This document shows positions 11,981-24,517 of a stretch of DNA of 64,000 nucleotides, piece by piece. The notes beneath the pieces were generated by a model, which had not been told where the DNA came from, did no database searches, and saw only the letters and a list, made by a program, of their open reading frames with translations. The position numbers were made by a program, and so were the translations under genes. Position 1 is the stretch's first letter; every line of letters begins with the position of its first letter. Where the stretch lies: NCBI GenBank assembly GCA_963764725.1, contig CAVXTM010000018.1, positions 320,001 to 384,000 on the forward strand. Reading direction: 5' to 3'. The stretch is from an uncultured Gammaproteobacteria bacterium (GTDB taxonomy: Bacteria; Pseudomonadota; Gammaproteobacteria; JACCXJ01).

Positions 11981-12361
11981 CTATGGGTATTCAGTTAACT
12001 CCCTCTCCCACCCGGGAGAGGGCGGGGGTGAGGGGATCTCAACCAAGGCAGCGCGAATACTCTCCAAGACCGCGTCAGGATCTCCAAGCACTTTATGATT
12101 CCAAAAACGAATCACGCGACAACCCGATACCTTGAGATATTCAGTCCTCTGCAAGTCGTTCGAGACCTGCTCGGCATGCTGGCCACCATCGACCTCGATG
12201 ACAACTTTGGGCTCCAAGCAGAGGAAATCCACGACGTAGGGTCCCAGGACCTGTTGACGTCGAAACTTGACGCCGTCGAGTCGTCGACCGCGCAATCGAC
12301 TCCACAAGCACCGCTCCGCCTCGGTCGAATTCTTCCTCAGCGCCCGGGCCAGACTGTTCAT
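11981..12361 (-). CDS. DUF559 / Vsr-like endonuclease-domain protein
   Basis: ARALRKNSTEAERCLWSRLR..KFRRQQVLGPYVVDF..VIEVDGGQH..VIRFWN. Confidence 0.9.
   Translation of the reverse strand: MNSLARALRKNSTEAERCLWSRLRGRRLDGVKFRRQQVLGPYVVDFLCLEPKVVIEVDGGQHAEQVSNDLQRTEYLKVSGCRVIRFWNHKVLGDPDAVLESIRAALVEIPSPPPSPGWERELTEYP
11994..12037. repeat. REP-like palindrome, left inverted end of DUF559 unit
   Basis: GTTAACTCCCTCTCCC-ACCC-GGGAGAGGGCGGGGGTGAGGGGAT; inverted copy at 12372-12414. Confidence 0.88.
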
Positions 12362-12371
12362 CGGTCTCTCT

Positions 12372-12414
12372 ATCCCCTCACCCCTGCCCTCTCCCGGAGG
12401 GAGAGGGAGTTAAC
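12372..12414. repeat. REP-like palindrome, right inverted end of DUF559 unit
   Basis: ATCCCCTCACCCCTGCCCTCTCCC-GGA-GGGAGAGGGAGTTAAC. Confidence 0.88.
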
Positions 12415-12585
12415 CGTGGCGCCCCGCAGTATCAAGGAAATTTGGTAGGCGCGATTGGACTCGAACCAACGACCCCCACCATGTCAAGGTGGTGCTCTAA
12501 CCAGCTGAGCTACGCGCCTGCTTATCAAGGGTGCAAGAGGATACCGAAAATCATCGGCTCTGGCCAGAGGTAGGAAAGGTGCGGT
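12389..12585. repeat. ~197-bp direct repeat copy 1 (REP half + tRNA-Val + upstream region)
   Basis: Matches 13765-13960 with a few substitutions. Confidence 0.92.
12443..12519 (-). tRNA. tRNA-Val(GAC), copy 1
   Basis: AGGCGCGTAGCTCAGCTGGTTAGAGC..CCACC-TTGACAT-GGTGG..GGTTCGAGTCC..CCA. Confidence 0.97.
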
Positions 12586-12624
12586 TGTATGTTCTATTTT
12601 GTAGAAATTAATGAAAATGTATTT

Positions 12625-12790
12625 CGGACTGTGGGGGCTGGTGGGCATCAATCCACAGACCTTTGGTTGCGGTGCGGCAGCTCGTCCAGCCCTTGGGACA
12701 TCAAGCCCGTGGGAGAGCAAAGAGCGTCGCGCCGTTTTCTCACCGACAACCCGAACGGTTGCTGGGGCCTGTAAGCCCGTATTTTTGCAA
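12625..12790 (+). ncRNA. Putative IS110 bridge RNA
   Basis: 5' hairpin, then a stem-enclosed loop with CCAGCCCT (12686-93) and GGGAGAG (12711-17) matching the REP target, then ACGGTTGCT (12755-63) identical to the element's right end (13758-66); ends approximate. Confidence 0.7.
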
Positions 12791-12798
12791 GGAGGGGT

Positions 12799-13755
<957 letters not shown>

Positions 13756-13764
13756 ACACGGTTG

Positions 13765-13960
13765 CTCTCCCGGGGGGAGAGAGGATAACCGTGGCGCCCC
13801 GCAGTATCAAGGAAATTTGGTAGGCGCGATTGGACTCGAACCAACGACCCCCACCATGTCAAGGTGGTGCTCTAACCAGCTGAGCTACGCGCCTGCTTAT
13901 CAAGGGTGCAAGAGGATACCGAAAATCGTCGGTTCTGGCCAGAGGTAGGAAAGGTGCGGT
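13765..13960. repeat. Direct repeat copy 2 (REP half + tRNA-Val + upstream region)
   Basis: Matches 12389-12585. Confidence 0.92.
13818..13894 (-). tRNA. tRNA-Val(GAC), copy 2
   Basis: Identical to 12443-12519. Confidence 0.97.
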
Positions 13961-14153
13961 AGTGTCTCAGTTTGAATTTCGGCTACCGACCCGAAGCGGA
14001 CGCTGGACCCGCGCTCCGAAATTGCCACAGATCGAGATGAGCGCCGCCTTCGTGCGCTGAAGGAAGGTAAAGTTTTTCGGCGTCAATGGACAGTTTGAGG
14101 GCTGGCGGCCGGGACTTGTTAGTACTGTGGCCGCCCACTCCTCGCCGCTGCTT

Positions 14154-17100
14154 CTATACCTTGGCGAGCGCTTGTTCGAGTCGTCTAGCTTCCGCGACTC
14201 CCAGGCGGATAAGAGCAGCGAGGATGCGGTCCACCTCGAACCGTAGCGCGTCATCAGCGCCGAGCAGTGCTGCGTCCTGAGCGCGGACGTTCTCGATCCA
14301 AAGGCATACACGCCGGCCGATCCCGTGATCGAACCAGAACCGACTGTCATCCTGATAGCTGTCGACCCACGTCTTGGCGGCAGCGACCATGAACGGCAGA
14401 TGTGCGGGCCTCGGCGAGACCTCAAGCAAGTTGAGCGCGACCAGCGCCACAAACAGGCATGGCCCGCTCTGCACGAGCTTTTCGAGCACGAGCAGAAAGG
14501 GCGCGAGCCGATCGATACCCTTCGGTAGCAAGTAGCACTGCGTGGGTTGGGCAAAGCCGTGCTGATTGAAAAAGAGGACTGCAATCGCGGGCCCGATGTG
14601 ATGCATCTCGATGGATGTCGAGCGGTTGCGCGCCATCCATTTCCACCCCCTACTCTCCATCAACCGCTCGGCTAGCTTGGCCCGGATACCGACTGTGGCC
14701 GACTCCGCCACACCCTGCGCGCCGAAGTAGACCGTGTCAACGCTTCGCACGAGGTCGGCGATTGCATCGTAAAACGACTCGTCGGGCAGCGCGGCCAACG
14801 GCTCCAGCGCCAATTGCTCTACCTCCGCCCATGAGAGTCCTGCCAGGCACCGAGCGACGAGGTCGAAGTAAGCGTTGTTCCATTCCATCGGCGGATCGCT
14901 GACCTCCTCGCTCCGATCCAGGCCCGCACCGTTCAGAGCCATGGTCCAGGGACCGTAGATCCTGGCGATGTCGCACAGCCATGGATTCTTGGCGACGTCC
15001 CCGAGGCTTTTCGCGTTGGTCAGCCACAGTGCGGCCGCCTGATGATCGGCGTACTCGTCGAACCGCTTTGGCTCAGGCTCAGCATCCTCTGCTCGTCCGT
15101 CGAGCAGCCGGAAGCGCCGCCTGCGCCGCGGCTGCTCCTCGGGAAACTTGGGCCAGTCGGGCTCGGGTCTGAAACCGCTAAGCCACGCCATTTCAGCATT
15201 GACAGCCGCGCGCAGCCTTTTCCGCCAGAGCTCTTCGCCCGCCAGGCGCTCGCTCTCCTCGGCATTCCAGGTACGCCTTCGCCGGATGCACGACGCGAAA
15301 GCGCATCGGAGCACCGCGCGCGGCAGCCGTTCATCGATGGAAGCAAGCACCTGCGCAGCCGCACCCAGGCCGTGCGCGGCTGCTGGATCGCCGTGCGCAG
15401 CTATCTCGAGAACGGCGCGGATCTCGATCCGCTCGCCGATGGTCCTTGGCCGCGTAGATCGTGCCGGCGAATGCGATGGCAACAGGATTGAAACGAAGCC
15501 CCAAGCGGAATCGAGGCGCCGTATCCTCCTTCGCTTCCAAGGCTGACGCGAAAATGCCGCGTGCCCATTCGACCTGCGCTGCACGCAGTTCCGCATCGCC
15601 ATCGCGCATCGCAATCATTGCCGCGGACACGATCGCCTGTTCTCGCATCCTTGCTTCATCGCCCTCGGCCTTAACGCTCGTCGCACCGGATTGCGCCCAT
15701 TTAGCCGCAGCTGCGGCAAATCGTGGCGAGGACGCGGACGGATTGTCGAGCGCGTTCCCAAGCGCGAGCTGCATATTCGTTTCCGCATTCTTTTCTTGCG
15801 ACTCCGCCTGCAGGGCGGCGAGATGCTCTTTCTCCGCTTCAGGCGATACATATTGACGCGCAGTCTCTTGCGAGCCATCGCGCAATATAACGGTCGCTTC
15901 CCGCCAGTTGGCAGGATCAAGAAGATTGAGCGCGTGGACGACCATCAGCCGAGGATCGGCCAGGGTCGACTTGGCTTCCGGCGCTCCCAGGCGTTGTGCG
16001 GCTTGGCGCAGCAGCGCAACAATCAGGTCACGCGACTCGACATGTCCGAATACGGCGATCTTCCCAAGCAGGCGGTCAAGCGACACCTTGCGCGACACCC
16101 GCTTCTTCAGATCTTCGACGCTGACCAACCCGGACGGCTCCTTTTGAAGCGCCTTAAGCTCGAACAGGTCCGGGTACTCGAAGTTGTCGTGCACCTGCCG
16201 CTCCCGATCGAGGCACAGGAGTTCCGGGCAGGCGAGGAACGGTGTCGCCGACTCGCGCGACTTCGGCCAGTGGGAAAGGATGAGATCGATGGCCACGAGG
16301 AGGTAAGCGGCCGGAGTACCTGGTAGGCCGATCACGTCGTCGAGAACCTTCTGGAAGTTCTCCCCCGCCTCGATGCGGCGATGTGCCCACGCCTCGAGCG
16401 CCATGAGTGCCGAGGTCACGCTGTGGTTTCCGTTCGCGTCCCTCGGCCAGATGTACGACCGCTTCCAGGAAAAGCTACGCTCGCCGTCGGGCAACGCGAG
16501 CACCAGTGCATCGGCCTCGGGCTCGCGGCGTCAACTGTAGAACGAGATCGCGTGATCCACCAACCTGCGGATCAACGAGAGCCCGTGTTTGGGCGCATGC
16601 GTGAGGAGATCGAGAAAAGGACCCTGCGAAGGCGAGGCTGGCAGAAAGTCATGGTCGACATAATCAAACGGTTCCTCACGATCTTCGCGGCTATCCCGTT
16701 GCTGTGACCCACGCTTCGGAATCAGCGCATTCGCAGTCAGTTCGGCGAGTTCCGCCGGCGCGGCCTGGGCGAGGGTGCCCCGGAATTTCAGAATGCTGTG
16801 CACCGCGTCTTCGCCGCGCTGCCGCTGACCCAGCGTCCTGAGGTACTCCACCGCGAGTTGTGGAGTGCGATTGGCGAATAGTAGGAAGGCGCTGCGTATG
16901 TCGGACTCTAGCGAACGCATCCGCTCATAGTCGATCTCGCCGCCGAACGGCTTGAGCAGATCGCGGAACGTCGCGCCGTCCCGCGCCGTCTCGATTTCGC
17001 TCAGCCATTGATGCAGCCATTTCTGGAGCAGCGGCGTGAGCGGATCTAGCCCGAGCATTCCTCTGGACCATGCCGTGTACAGATCGACGACATCCGGAAG

Positions 17101-19290
17101 CGCCGCATGTGGCAGCCCGTCGGCGAGGCGCAAGAGCCAGACAATCAGGCGATGCCAAGACGGCCCGCTGGGTACGTCGAGGCTCGCCGGAATGGAGGTT
17201 GGGTCGATTCCTAGCGACGCAAACTGCCTCGCCGCCGGTTCGGTGTCCACAGCCATTACAACCCGGATGAGCTCGCGGAGCGCAGCCGCTCGATTGGCGA
17301 GCAGATAGTCCGTGGCGCGCGTCAGCAATTCCGAGCTGATCTCGGAGCGGACCAGCGCAAGCAACGCGGCCCGGCGCCATGAGCCGTGCACGTCCGCGTG
17401 GCTCAGGCGCTCCAAGACAGACTGCCAGGCCTTGCTATCGTTGGCCCGCTCGATCGCCATGCGTGCGGCGAGCTCAATGCCTCTTGCGAGCGCAACCGGA
17501 GCGGGCTGGCCGAGCGGAAGGCGATCGATGGTCGCCGGCTCGGAATGCAGTAGGTTGGCGATTGCCCATTCGCGGAGCACGTCGTGGCGAAAAGCTACGC
17601 GATCTCCACCCAAATCCCGCAAGCTCTCGCTCGCTACGAGCGCGTTGAGCGCCGCCGCTGGTTGGTCTTTGACGTAAAGCGGTTCGGCGCGAGCCAGGGC
17701 CTGTTCCGCCAACGCCCTCAGAACTCTGGCGCGCTCCCGCTGCTTATCGTCGAGGGGGCCGTCGGCGGTCTGCCACCAGCGCTCGGCCATGTCAACCTCG
17801 CTGCGTGGCATCGGGTCGCCCGCTGCGCTTCCCGCCAAGCGGTCCAGACGGAAGAGGTTGCACGCCACGTTGCGAGCCGGGTGGCTGTCGGCCAGAAGAA
17901 GCGCGAGTCCAGGTGCGGCCTGTCGCATCTCCTCCACCTCGGCGGGGGTGGGTTCCTCGATCACCAGCGGCTCCGCCCGTCCCAGCCGGTTCAGCGCGTC
18001 TGCCGGCAGCCAATCCGGGTCGTCCACGCCAAGTTTGCGGCGTGCCGTCGCGATCACGGCGAAGCCTGGAACATTCGAGGCTTCCCGCACGAGATCGACG
18101 ACGGTCCTGCGCTCCTGTTCCTCAAAGAAATCCAGGTTGTCGACGAAGAGAATTGCCCCACCATCGCCCGCCAAATCCGTGAGCAGATCATGCGCCGTGC
18201 CCTCGAAGCCCAGCCCGGCGCGCATCGCGGTCCACCCTCTTGGCGTCGTCCGGCCGGGGCTGAGGACAATGACGGGGGCTTCTATTGCCGCCTGCTGGGC
18301 GAAATGCTTCAGCAGGCCGGACTTGCCTACTCCGGCATCTCCGCGAATCTCGACGTAGCGGCCGACTTCAAGCGCAGCGTGGATGGCCCCGACAAGCTCG
18401 TGGCGGGTAAGCTTGGCTCCGCCCACTCGGTCAACGATGTCCTCAAGCGCATGGCGGGAGGCCTCGGCCAGAGCGGCACGCGCACTCGCGTAGCGTCGCT
18501 CCCCTGCCAACCGAAATCCCTGCTGCCTCAGCTCTCCGACCAAACCACCGCGCGTGCGGTCGCCGCCGCTGGCCGCGACCTTCAGAGCAAGCTCGACCAA
18601 GGCGGACCAGAGGCTCCCGGCTCGTTCGCCGTCGTCGGCATGAAGAGCGCGAACTGCGCGTTCCCTGGCAAGTTGCTCGGACGCAGAGCCTTGGGTAGTG
18701 AAGTCAAAAACGAGGATCTGAAGCCTGCCGAGCAATCGCCACACGGTCTCGTCATCGCTCGGCGCCCCCGCATCATGGAGATGTGTCCGGAACGTCCTCA
18801 CGAACGTCCGCATGTCGTCATTGGCCGATCCCGGACGGTCGATGCGTGTAAAGAACGTCGCCGCATCGCCGAGTTGGCGCGCCCAGGTCAGAACATCCTG
18901 GTAAGCCCCATCGATCTTCCGTGATGTGCGGGCCGTGGCGATGGCGAGCTCGTATCGAATGCTCCAAAAGTCGGTACGCCGCGACGCCATTGCGATCTGG
19001 GCGACGACCGCCCGGAAAACGTCATCGGCTGGCGCGAAGGTGATTGTGCGCTTGACCTGAATCTCCAGGACAACGGCATCGCCACGGGTGTCGTGCGCGT
19101 ACACGATGACGTCATCGAGCGGCCGCCCCTCGGCCGCTCGCTGAAACTGGATCGAATCGGTCGTTGTACCGGGCAACCCGCGCGGCTCGCTGCCTATCAG
19201 CAAGGCGAGCAGATACGAAGCGCCAACCTGTCCCTCGAAATGGCTGCCCGCCGGGCCGCTTGCCGCCGGGCTGCTCGCGCTAGCCGCCAC
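14154..19290 (-). pseudogene. Large PD-(D/E)XK nuclease + STAND-like NTPase + helical C-terminus (Avs-like defence protein), disrupted
   Basis: N-terminal FEGQV..PLDDVIV..LEIQVKR nuclease motif, Walker A GDAGVGKS, Walker B ILFVDNLD; single in-frame TGA at 16531-16533 and one frameshift near 15440 join three ORFs into ~1700 aa. Confidence 0.72.
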
Positions 19291-19567
19291 GTGCCGTCGT
19301 GTTCATCATCGCTCAGCGCATCTTCTCATATTGCGACCAGCATGCGGCACCGGCACCTGTACGCGGAGGTTGGCGGTGCACAAGGCCTAGGGATCAAGCC
19401 TCGTCCGCGTCAGGAGTACTCAATCGGGTGGTTTTAGGCTCGTCGCGAAGTGACCGCTTCTGGCCGATAGGCGAAATTCAAACTGAGACACTGCCAAACG
19501 CGCGTGCACTCTTCGGATTTAGGCGTGCCGCGAGCGCTTGCCGTGGACCACGTTTCATGTCCGTAAG

Positions 19568-21589
19568 TTATATCACCGCCCGTTGCGAGGGGATCCCAAA
19601 CACCGCCGCGCGAATCCGGCCGATCTCATCGCGCAGTTGCGCCGCTTGCTCGAACTCGAGATCCCGTGCATGCCGGAACATCTTTGCCTCGAGTTTCTTG
19701 ATTTTCTGTAGCGCCCGTTCGGGCGCGAGGGTCCGGTAATCGCTTTCGGGTTCCTTTACGCTACTGTGACGCCTCGGCGCGGTTTCCGCGTAACTGACTT
19801 CGATGAGCTCCGTCACCGCCTTGGTGACCCCGCGCGGCGTAATGCCGTGGAGAACGTTGTAATCGACCTGCCTGGTGCGGCGGCGGGCCATCTCCGCCAG
19901 CGCCCGTTCCATCGAGCCGGTTATCTCATTGGCGTACATGATGGCCCTGCCCGTGAGGTTGCGGGCGGCGCGGCCGACGGTTTGAATCAGCGATCGCTCC
20001 GAACGCAAAAACCCTTCCTTGTCCGCGTCCAGGATCGCGACCAAGGAAACCTCCGGGAGATCCAAGCCTTCGCGCAAAAGGTTGATACCCACCAAGACAT
20101 CGAAGCGCCCCAGGCGCAGATCGCGAATGATTTCGACCCGCTCGACGGTATCGATGTCGGAGTGGAGATAACGCACGCGCACCCCGTGCTCGGAGAGATA
20201 ATCGGTGAGATCCTCCGCCATGCGCTTGGTGAGCGTCGTCACCAGCACCCGTTCGTTGATCCGAACGCGCGCGTTGATCTCGGAAAGTAGATCATCGACC
20301 TGGGTCGCTTGCGCCCGGATCTCTACCTCCGGATCGACCAGGCCCGTGGGTCGCACCACCTGCTCGACGACTTGCGCCGAATGCTCCAGCTCATACGGGC
20401 CGGGCGTTGCTGAGACGAAGACCGTTTGCGGCGCGAGCCCCACGAACTCCTCGAATTTCAATGGGCGATTATCGAGCGCCGAGGGCAACCGGAACCCGTA
20501 GTCCACCAAGTTTTCCTTGCGCGACCGATCGCCGCGATACATGCCGCCGAGCTGCGGGATCGTGACATGGCTTTCATCGACGACCAGCAAGGCATCGGCG
20601 GGCAGATAGTCGAAGAGCGTCGGCGGCGGCTCCCCCGGACGACGACCCGAGAGATAACGCGAGTAGTTCTCGATCCCGGCACAATAGCCGATCTCGATCA
20701 TCATCTCGAGATCGAAGCGCGTGCGGCTCTCGAGCCGTTGCGCCTCCAGCAGCTTGTTGGCGGCGCGTAATTCCTGCAATCGATCCCTGAGATCGACCTT
20801 GATCGCCTCGACGGCTTCGAGCAGCGTTTGCCGTCCGGTGACATAGTGTGTCTTGGGATACACCGTGAGCCGCGGGACCCGGCGCAGGATCTCGCCCGTG
20901 AGCGGGTCGAAAAAGCATAAACTCTCGATGCTGTCGTCGCAGAGTTCGACCCGCACCGCCTCGCGCTCGGATTCGGCCGGAAAGATATCGATCACATCGC
21001 CGCGAACCCGATAGGCCGCGCGACGCAGCTCGAGATCATTGCGGGTGTACTGAAGCTCGGCCAAGCGTCTTAGGATCTGGCGTTGGTCCACGGTGCCGCC
21101 ACGCACCAGATGCAGCACCATGCCGTGGTAGGCGGACGGATCGCCGAGACCGTAGATCGCCGATACCGTGGCGACGATGATGCTGTCGTTACGCTCGAGC
21201 AGGGCTTTGGTCGCCGAGAGGCGCATCTGCTCGATGTGCTCGTTAATCGTCGCGTCTTTCTCGATGTACGTATCCGAGGCCGGCATGTAGGCTTCAGGCT
21301 GGTAGTAGTCGTAATAGGAGACGAAGTATTCGACCGCATTGTCGGGAAAAAAACCACGCATCTCGGCATAGAGCTGGGCCGCTAAGGTCTTGTTGGGAGC
21401 CAGGATCAAGGCCGGCCGCTGGACATGTTCGATCACGTTGGCGATCGTAAAGGTCTTGCCGGAACCCGTGACACCGAGCAAGGTTTGGTAGGCGAGCCCA
21501 TCATGGAGACCGGTGGTGAGCCTGCGAATAGCCTGGGGCTGATCTCCGGCCGGGCCGAAGTCGCATTTTAGAACGAAGCTCTTTCTCAT
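19568..21589 (-). CDS. uvrB: Excinuclease ABC subunit B
   Basis: [33 protein letters not shown]; ATG 21589 gives 673 aa. Confidence 0.98.
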   Translation of the reverse strand: MRKSFVLKCDFGPAGDQPQAIRRLTTGLHDGLAYQTLLGVTGSGKTFTIANVIEHVQRPALILAPNKTLAAQLYAEMRGFFPDNAVEYFVSYYDYYQPEAYMPASDTYIEKDATINEHIEQMRLSATKALLERNDSIIVATVSAIYGLGDPSAYHGMVLHLVRGGTVDQRQILRRLAELQYTRNDLELRRAAYRVRGDVIDIFPAESEREAVRVELCDDSIESLCFFDPLTGEILRRVPRLTVYPKTHYVTGRQTLLEAVEAIKVDLRDRLQELRAANKLLEAQRLESRTRFDLEMMIEIGYCAGIENYSRYLSGRRPGEPPPTLFDYLPADALLVVDESHVTIPQLGGMYRGDRSRKENLVDYGFRLPSALDNRPLKFEEFVGLAPQTVFVSATPGPYELEHSAQVVEQVVRPTGLVDPEVEIRAQATQVDDLLSEINARVRINERVLVTTLTKRMAEDLTDYLSEHGVRVRYLHSDIDTVERVEIIRDLRLGRFDVLVGINLLREGLDLPEVSLVAILDADKEGFLRSERSLIQTVGRAARNLTGRAIMYANEITGSMERALAEMARRRTRQVDYNVLHGITPRGVTKAVTELIEVSYAETAPRRHSSVKEPESDYRTLAPERALQKIKKLEAKMFRHARDLEFEQAAQLRDEIGRIRAAVFGIPSQRAVI

Positions 21590-21655
21590 GGGGATTCTGT
21601 TGCGGCGCAAACTCGAGTATATTACACCGCTCGGGACACAGCATCGGGAGCGTTC

Positions 21656-22759
21656 ATGGCAAATGAGGAGCACCTCGCGCTGCTCAAGCGTTCCGTACTC
21701 GGTGACGACTGGAATGCGTGGCGGACGGCGAACCCCGAGGTTCGCCCGGACCTCGTCGAGGCGCAATTCATCGAGGATGACCTGAGTTTCGCCGACCTTC
21801 ACGGGGCGGACCTTCGCGGTGCGATTCTAACAGAGGCGCGCCTCAGCAACGTGGACTTGAGTTTGGCGGACCTGAGCAACGCGAGCCTCGGCGACGCGTA
21901 CCTGTTCGGGGCGACCCTGAATCGGGCGGACCTGCGCGAGGCGGACCTGAGCGGAGCGAACCTCTTCGGCGTCACGCTGAGCGGGGCCGACCTGCGAGGG
22001 GCGAGCCTCAAATCGGCGAATATTAGCCGAGCCGATTTCAGCGGGGCCGACCTCAGTGATGCCGATCTCACAATTACCAACGCAGTCGAGACAAATTTTG
22101 CGAACGCCAACCTCACCGGCTGCCGCATCTACGGCATTTCCGCGTGGGGGCTGAAGTTGGAGATGGCCAAGCAGCAAAACTTGGTCATCACCACCGATGG
22201 CGAACCCGAGATCACGGTCGACAACATCGAGGTCGCGCAGTTCGTGTATCTCCTACTCCACAACCAGAAGATCCGTGATGCCATCGACACCATCACCTCC
22301 AAGGCCGTGCTCATCCTTGGTCGCTTCACACCGGAGCGTAAAGCGGTCCTCGACGCCTTGCGCAGCGGTTTGCGGGGCCGCGACTACCTGCCGATCCTGT
22401 TCGACTTCGATGTCCCAGCCACCCGGGACATCACCGAGACCGTCTCACTGCTGGCCCGCATGGCTCGCTTCATCGTTGCCGACCTGACCGATCCGAGCAG
22501 CATTCCTAAGGAGTTGGAAGCTATCGTCCCTGGCCTCGCGGTGCCCGTCCAACCGCTGCTCGAAGGCGCGGCCCGGCCCTACGCTATGTTTAAGGATTAT
22601 TGGAAATACGACTGGGTGCTCCCAGTGCATCGCTACGAGGGTCTTGATCCGCTGCTCGCGACGCTTGGCGAGAAGGTTATTGCACCTGCGGAAGCGAAGG
22701 TGAGAGCATTGGAAGAGCGACGGCGGATGATCGAAGCGGAACTGACCATGCCCAAATAG
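21656..22759 (+). CDS. Pentapeptide-repeat protein with C-terminal alpha/beta domain
   Basis: A(D/N)LxG repeats at aa ~35-160; C-terminus [26 protein letters not shown]. Confidence 0.88.
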   Translation: MANEEHLALLKRSVLGDDWNAWRTANPEVRPDLVEAQFIEDDLSFADLHGADLRGAILTEARLSNVDLSLADLSNASLGDAYLFGATLNRADLREADLSGANLFGVTLSGADLRGASLKSANISRADFSGADLSDADLTITNAVETNFANANLTGCRIYGISAWGLKLEMAKQQNLVITTDGEPEITVDNIEVAQFVYLLLHNQKIRDAIDTITSKAVLILGRFTPERKAVLDALRSGLRGRDYLPILFDFDVPATRDITETVSLLARMARFIVADLTDPSSIPKELEAIVPGLAVPVQPLLEGAARPYAMFKDYWKYDWVLPVHRYEGLDPLLATLGEKVIAPAEAKVRALEERRRMIEAELTMPK

Positions 22760-22843
22760 GTCTCCAGCATCGCTATGTGACCGGTTTGCGGCGCGACCAG
22801 TCGACCTGCGTTCGACTGAGGGATAGGCGACGTTGTTCTCGGC

Positions 22844-23161
22844 TTGGCGGCGCGCAATTCCTGCAAGCGATCCCTGAGATCGATCTTGATCGCCTCGACG
22901 GCTTCGAGCAGCGTTTGCCGTGCGGTCACATAGTGTGTCTTGAGGCATTACGCTCGAGCAGGGCTTTGGTCGCTGAGAGGCGCATCTGCTCGATGTGCTC
23001 GTTAATCGTCGCGTCTTTCTCGATGTACGGTATGCGAGGCCGGGACGTAGGTTGGTAGTAGTCGTAATAGGGCTGATCTCCGGCCGGGCCGAAGTCGCAT
23101 TTCAGAACGAAGCTCTTTCTCATGGGGATTCTGTTGCGGCGCAAACTCAAGTATATTACAC
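22844..23161 (-). pseudogene. Collapsed duplicate of uvrB 5' end and upstream region
   Basis: Three blocks matching 20757-20855, 21189-21318 and 21536-21627. Confidence 0.9.
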
Positions 23162-23302
23162 GCCGTTTTGGCTTCCATCGTCAAAGCGGTCGAATCCGGC
23201 ATCCAGAAATCGTTAACTCGTTAAAGAGCCGGGACTTCGGCGTTCACCGCGGTGACAACGCCGGGAACGCTTGATCATAACCTTGCAAATGGAGGCTTTC
23301 GC

Positions 23303-24493
23303 TTGTCCGTGAGACTTTCCTATCGCGCCCTTTCGATCAAACCCTCCGCGACCCTCACCGTCGCGGCCCAGGCTACCGCTCTCAAGCAGGCCGGAAAAGA
23401 CATCATCAGCCTAGCCGCGGGCGAGCCCGACTTCGATACGCCGGAGCACATCAAGGCCGCGGCTATCAAGGCGATGCGGGAGGGGTTTACGAAATACACC
23501 GCTGTTGAAGGCACGCCGGCATTAAGGAAGGCTATCAGCGATAAATTTAAGCGCGAGAACGCGCTCGACTATCCGCCCAGCCAGATACTCGTGTCATGTG
23601 GGTGTAAGCACAGTATTTACAATCTCATGATGGCCGTGCTCAATCCGGGAGATGAAGTGATCCTGCCGGCCCCCTATTGGACCTCCTACCCCGACATGGC
23701 GAAGATTGCGGGCGCCGAGACGGTGATCATAAAAACCGGCCTCGACGAACGGTTTAAGATCAATCCCCAAAAGCTGCGGGCCGCGATTTCATCAAAAACG
23801 AGGCTCTTGATCCTCAATAGCCCCTCCAACCCGACCGGGGAATGCTATTCGCGCGGTGAGTTACGGGCCCTCGCAGAGGTGTTGTTGAGCCATCCGGAGA
23901 TCATCATCGCTTCGGACGACATTTACGAACATATTCTTTGGCAAGCGGAGCCGTTCGCGAATATTCTGAACGCTTGCCCGGAGCTGAGCGATCGTACCGT
24001 GGTCTTGAATGGAGTCGCCAAAGCTTACGCGATGACGGGATGGCGCATCGGTTATGCCGCCGGACCCAAAGCGGTCATTCAAGCCATGACCGTCCTGCAA
24101 TCGCAAAGCACCTCGAATCCGACCTCCATTGCCCAGGTCGCGGCGCAAGCCGCACTCGAAGGCGAGCAAGCGCTCGTGCGCGAGCGCTGCGCTATATTCA
24201 AGGAACGCCATGATCTGGTACTCGGGCGGATCAACAAAATACACGGTGTCGAGTGCGTCGCGGCGCAAGGCACTTTTTATGTCTTTCCGAACGTGCAAGG
24301 AGCGATTGGGCGGATGGCGGGCGTGAACAACGATGTCGCGCTCGCCGAGCAGTTACTCGAGCACACGGGTGTCGCCCTTGTTCCGGGGGCCGCTTTCGGC
24401 GCGCCGGGCTACTTGCGTTTATCTTTCGCCACCAGCACGGAGAATCTAATGCAAGCTCTCGATCGTATCGAGGGGTTCTTGGGCGCCAAGTGA
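23303..24493 (+). CDS. aspC: Class I PLP-dependent (aspartate) aminotransferase
   Basis: GEPDFDTP, NSPSNPTG, SDDIYE, AKAYAMTGWRIGY; TTG 23303 after GGAGG. Confidence 0.9.
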   Translation: MSVRLSYRALSIKPSATLTVAAQATALKQAGKDIISLAAGEPDFDTPEHIKAAAIKAMREGFTKYTAVEGTPALRKAISDKFKRENALDYPPSQILVSCGCKHSIYNLMMAVLNPGDEVILPAPYWTSYPDMAKIAGAETVIIKTGLDERFKINPQKLRAAISSKTRLLILNSPSNPTGECYSRGELRALAEVLLSHPEIIIASDDIYEHILWQAEPFANILNACPELSDRTVVLNGVAKAYAMTGWRIGYAAGPKAVIQAMTVLQSQSTSNPTSIAQVAAQAALEGEQALVRERCAIFKERHDLVLGRINKIHGVECVAAQGTFYVFPNVQGAIGRMAGVNNDVALAEQLLEHTGVALVPGAAFGAPGYLRLSFATSTENLMQALDRIEGFLGAK

Positions 24494-24517
24494 TCCTATG
24501 CAAGGAGACCGCGCGCG

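Noticed and set aside
16531-16533. In-frame TGA as selenocysteine or programmed readthrough
   Set aside because: No redox motif context or evident SECIS, and the gene also has a frameshift; a nonsense mutation is simpler
17584-18924. 446-aa + strand ORF and similar long antisense ORFs (e.g. 50472-51449 alternate frame, 55474-56259)
   Set aside because: Shadow ORFs of real genes in GC-rich DNA with no recognisable motifs
13961-19560. Prophage or integrative element at tRNA-Val
   Set aside because: No integrase, phage genes or tRNA 3'-end att repeat; the block lies upstream of the tRNA
21590-21655. LexA (SOS) box upstream of uvrB
   Set aside because: No CTG-N10-CAG motif seen
21590-21802. 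71-aa N-terminal extension of UvrB in the ORF track
   Set aside because: It overlaps the divergent pentapeptide gene; ATG 21589 gives a normal-length UvrB
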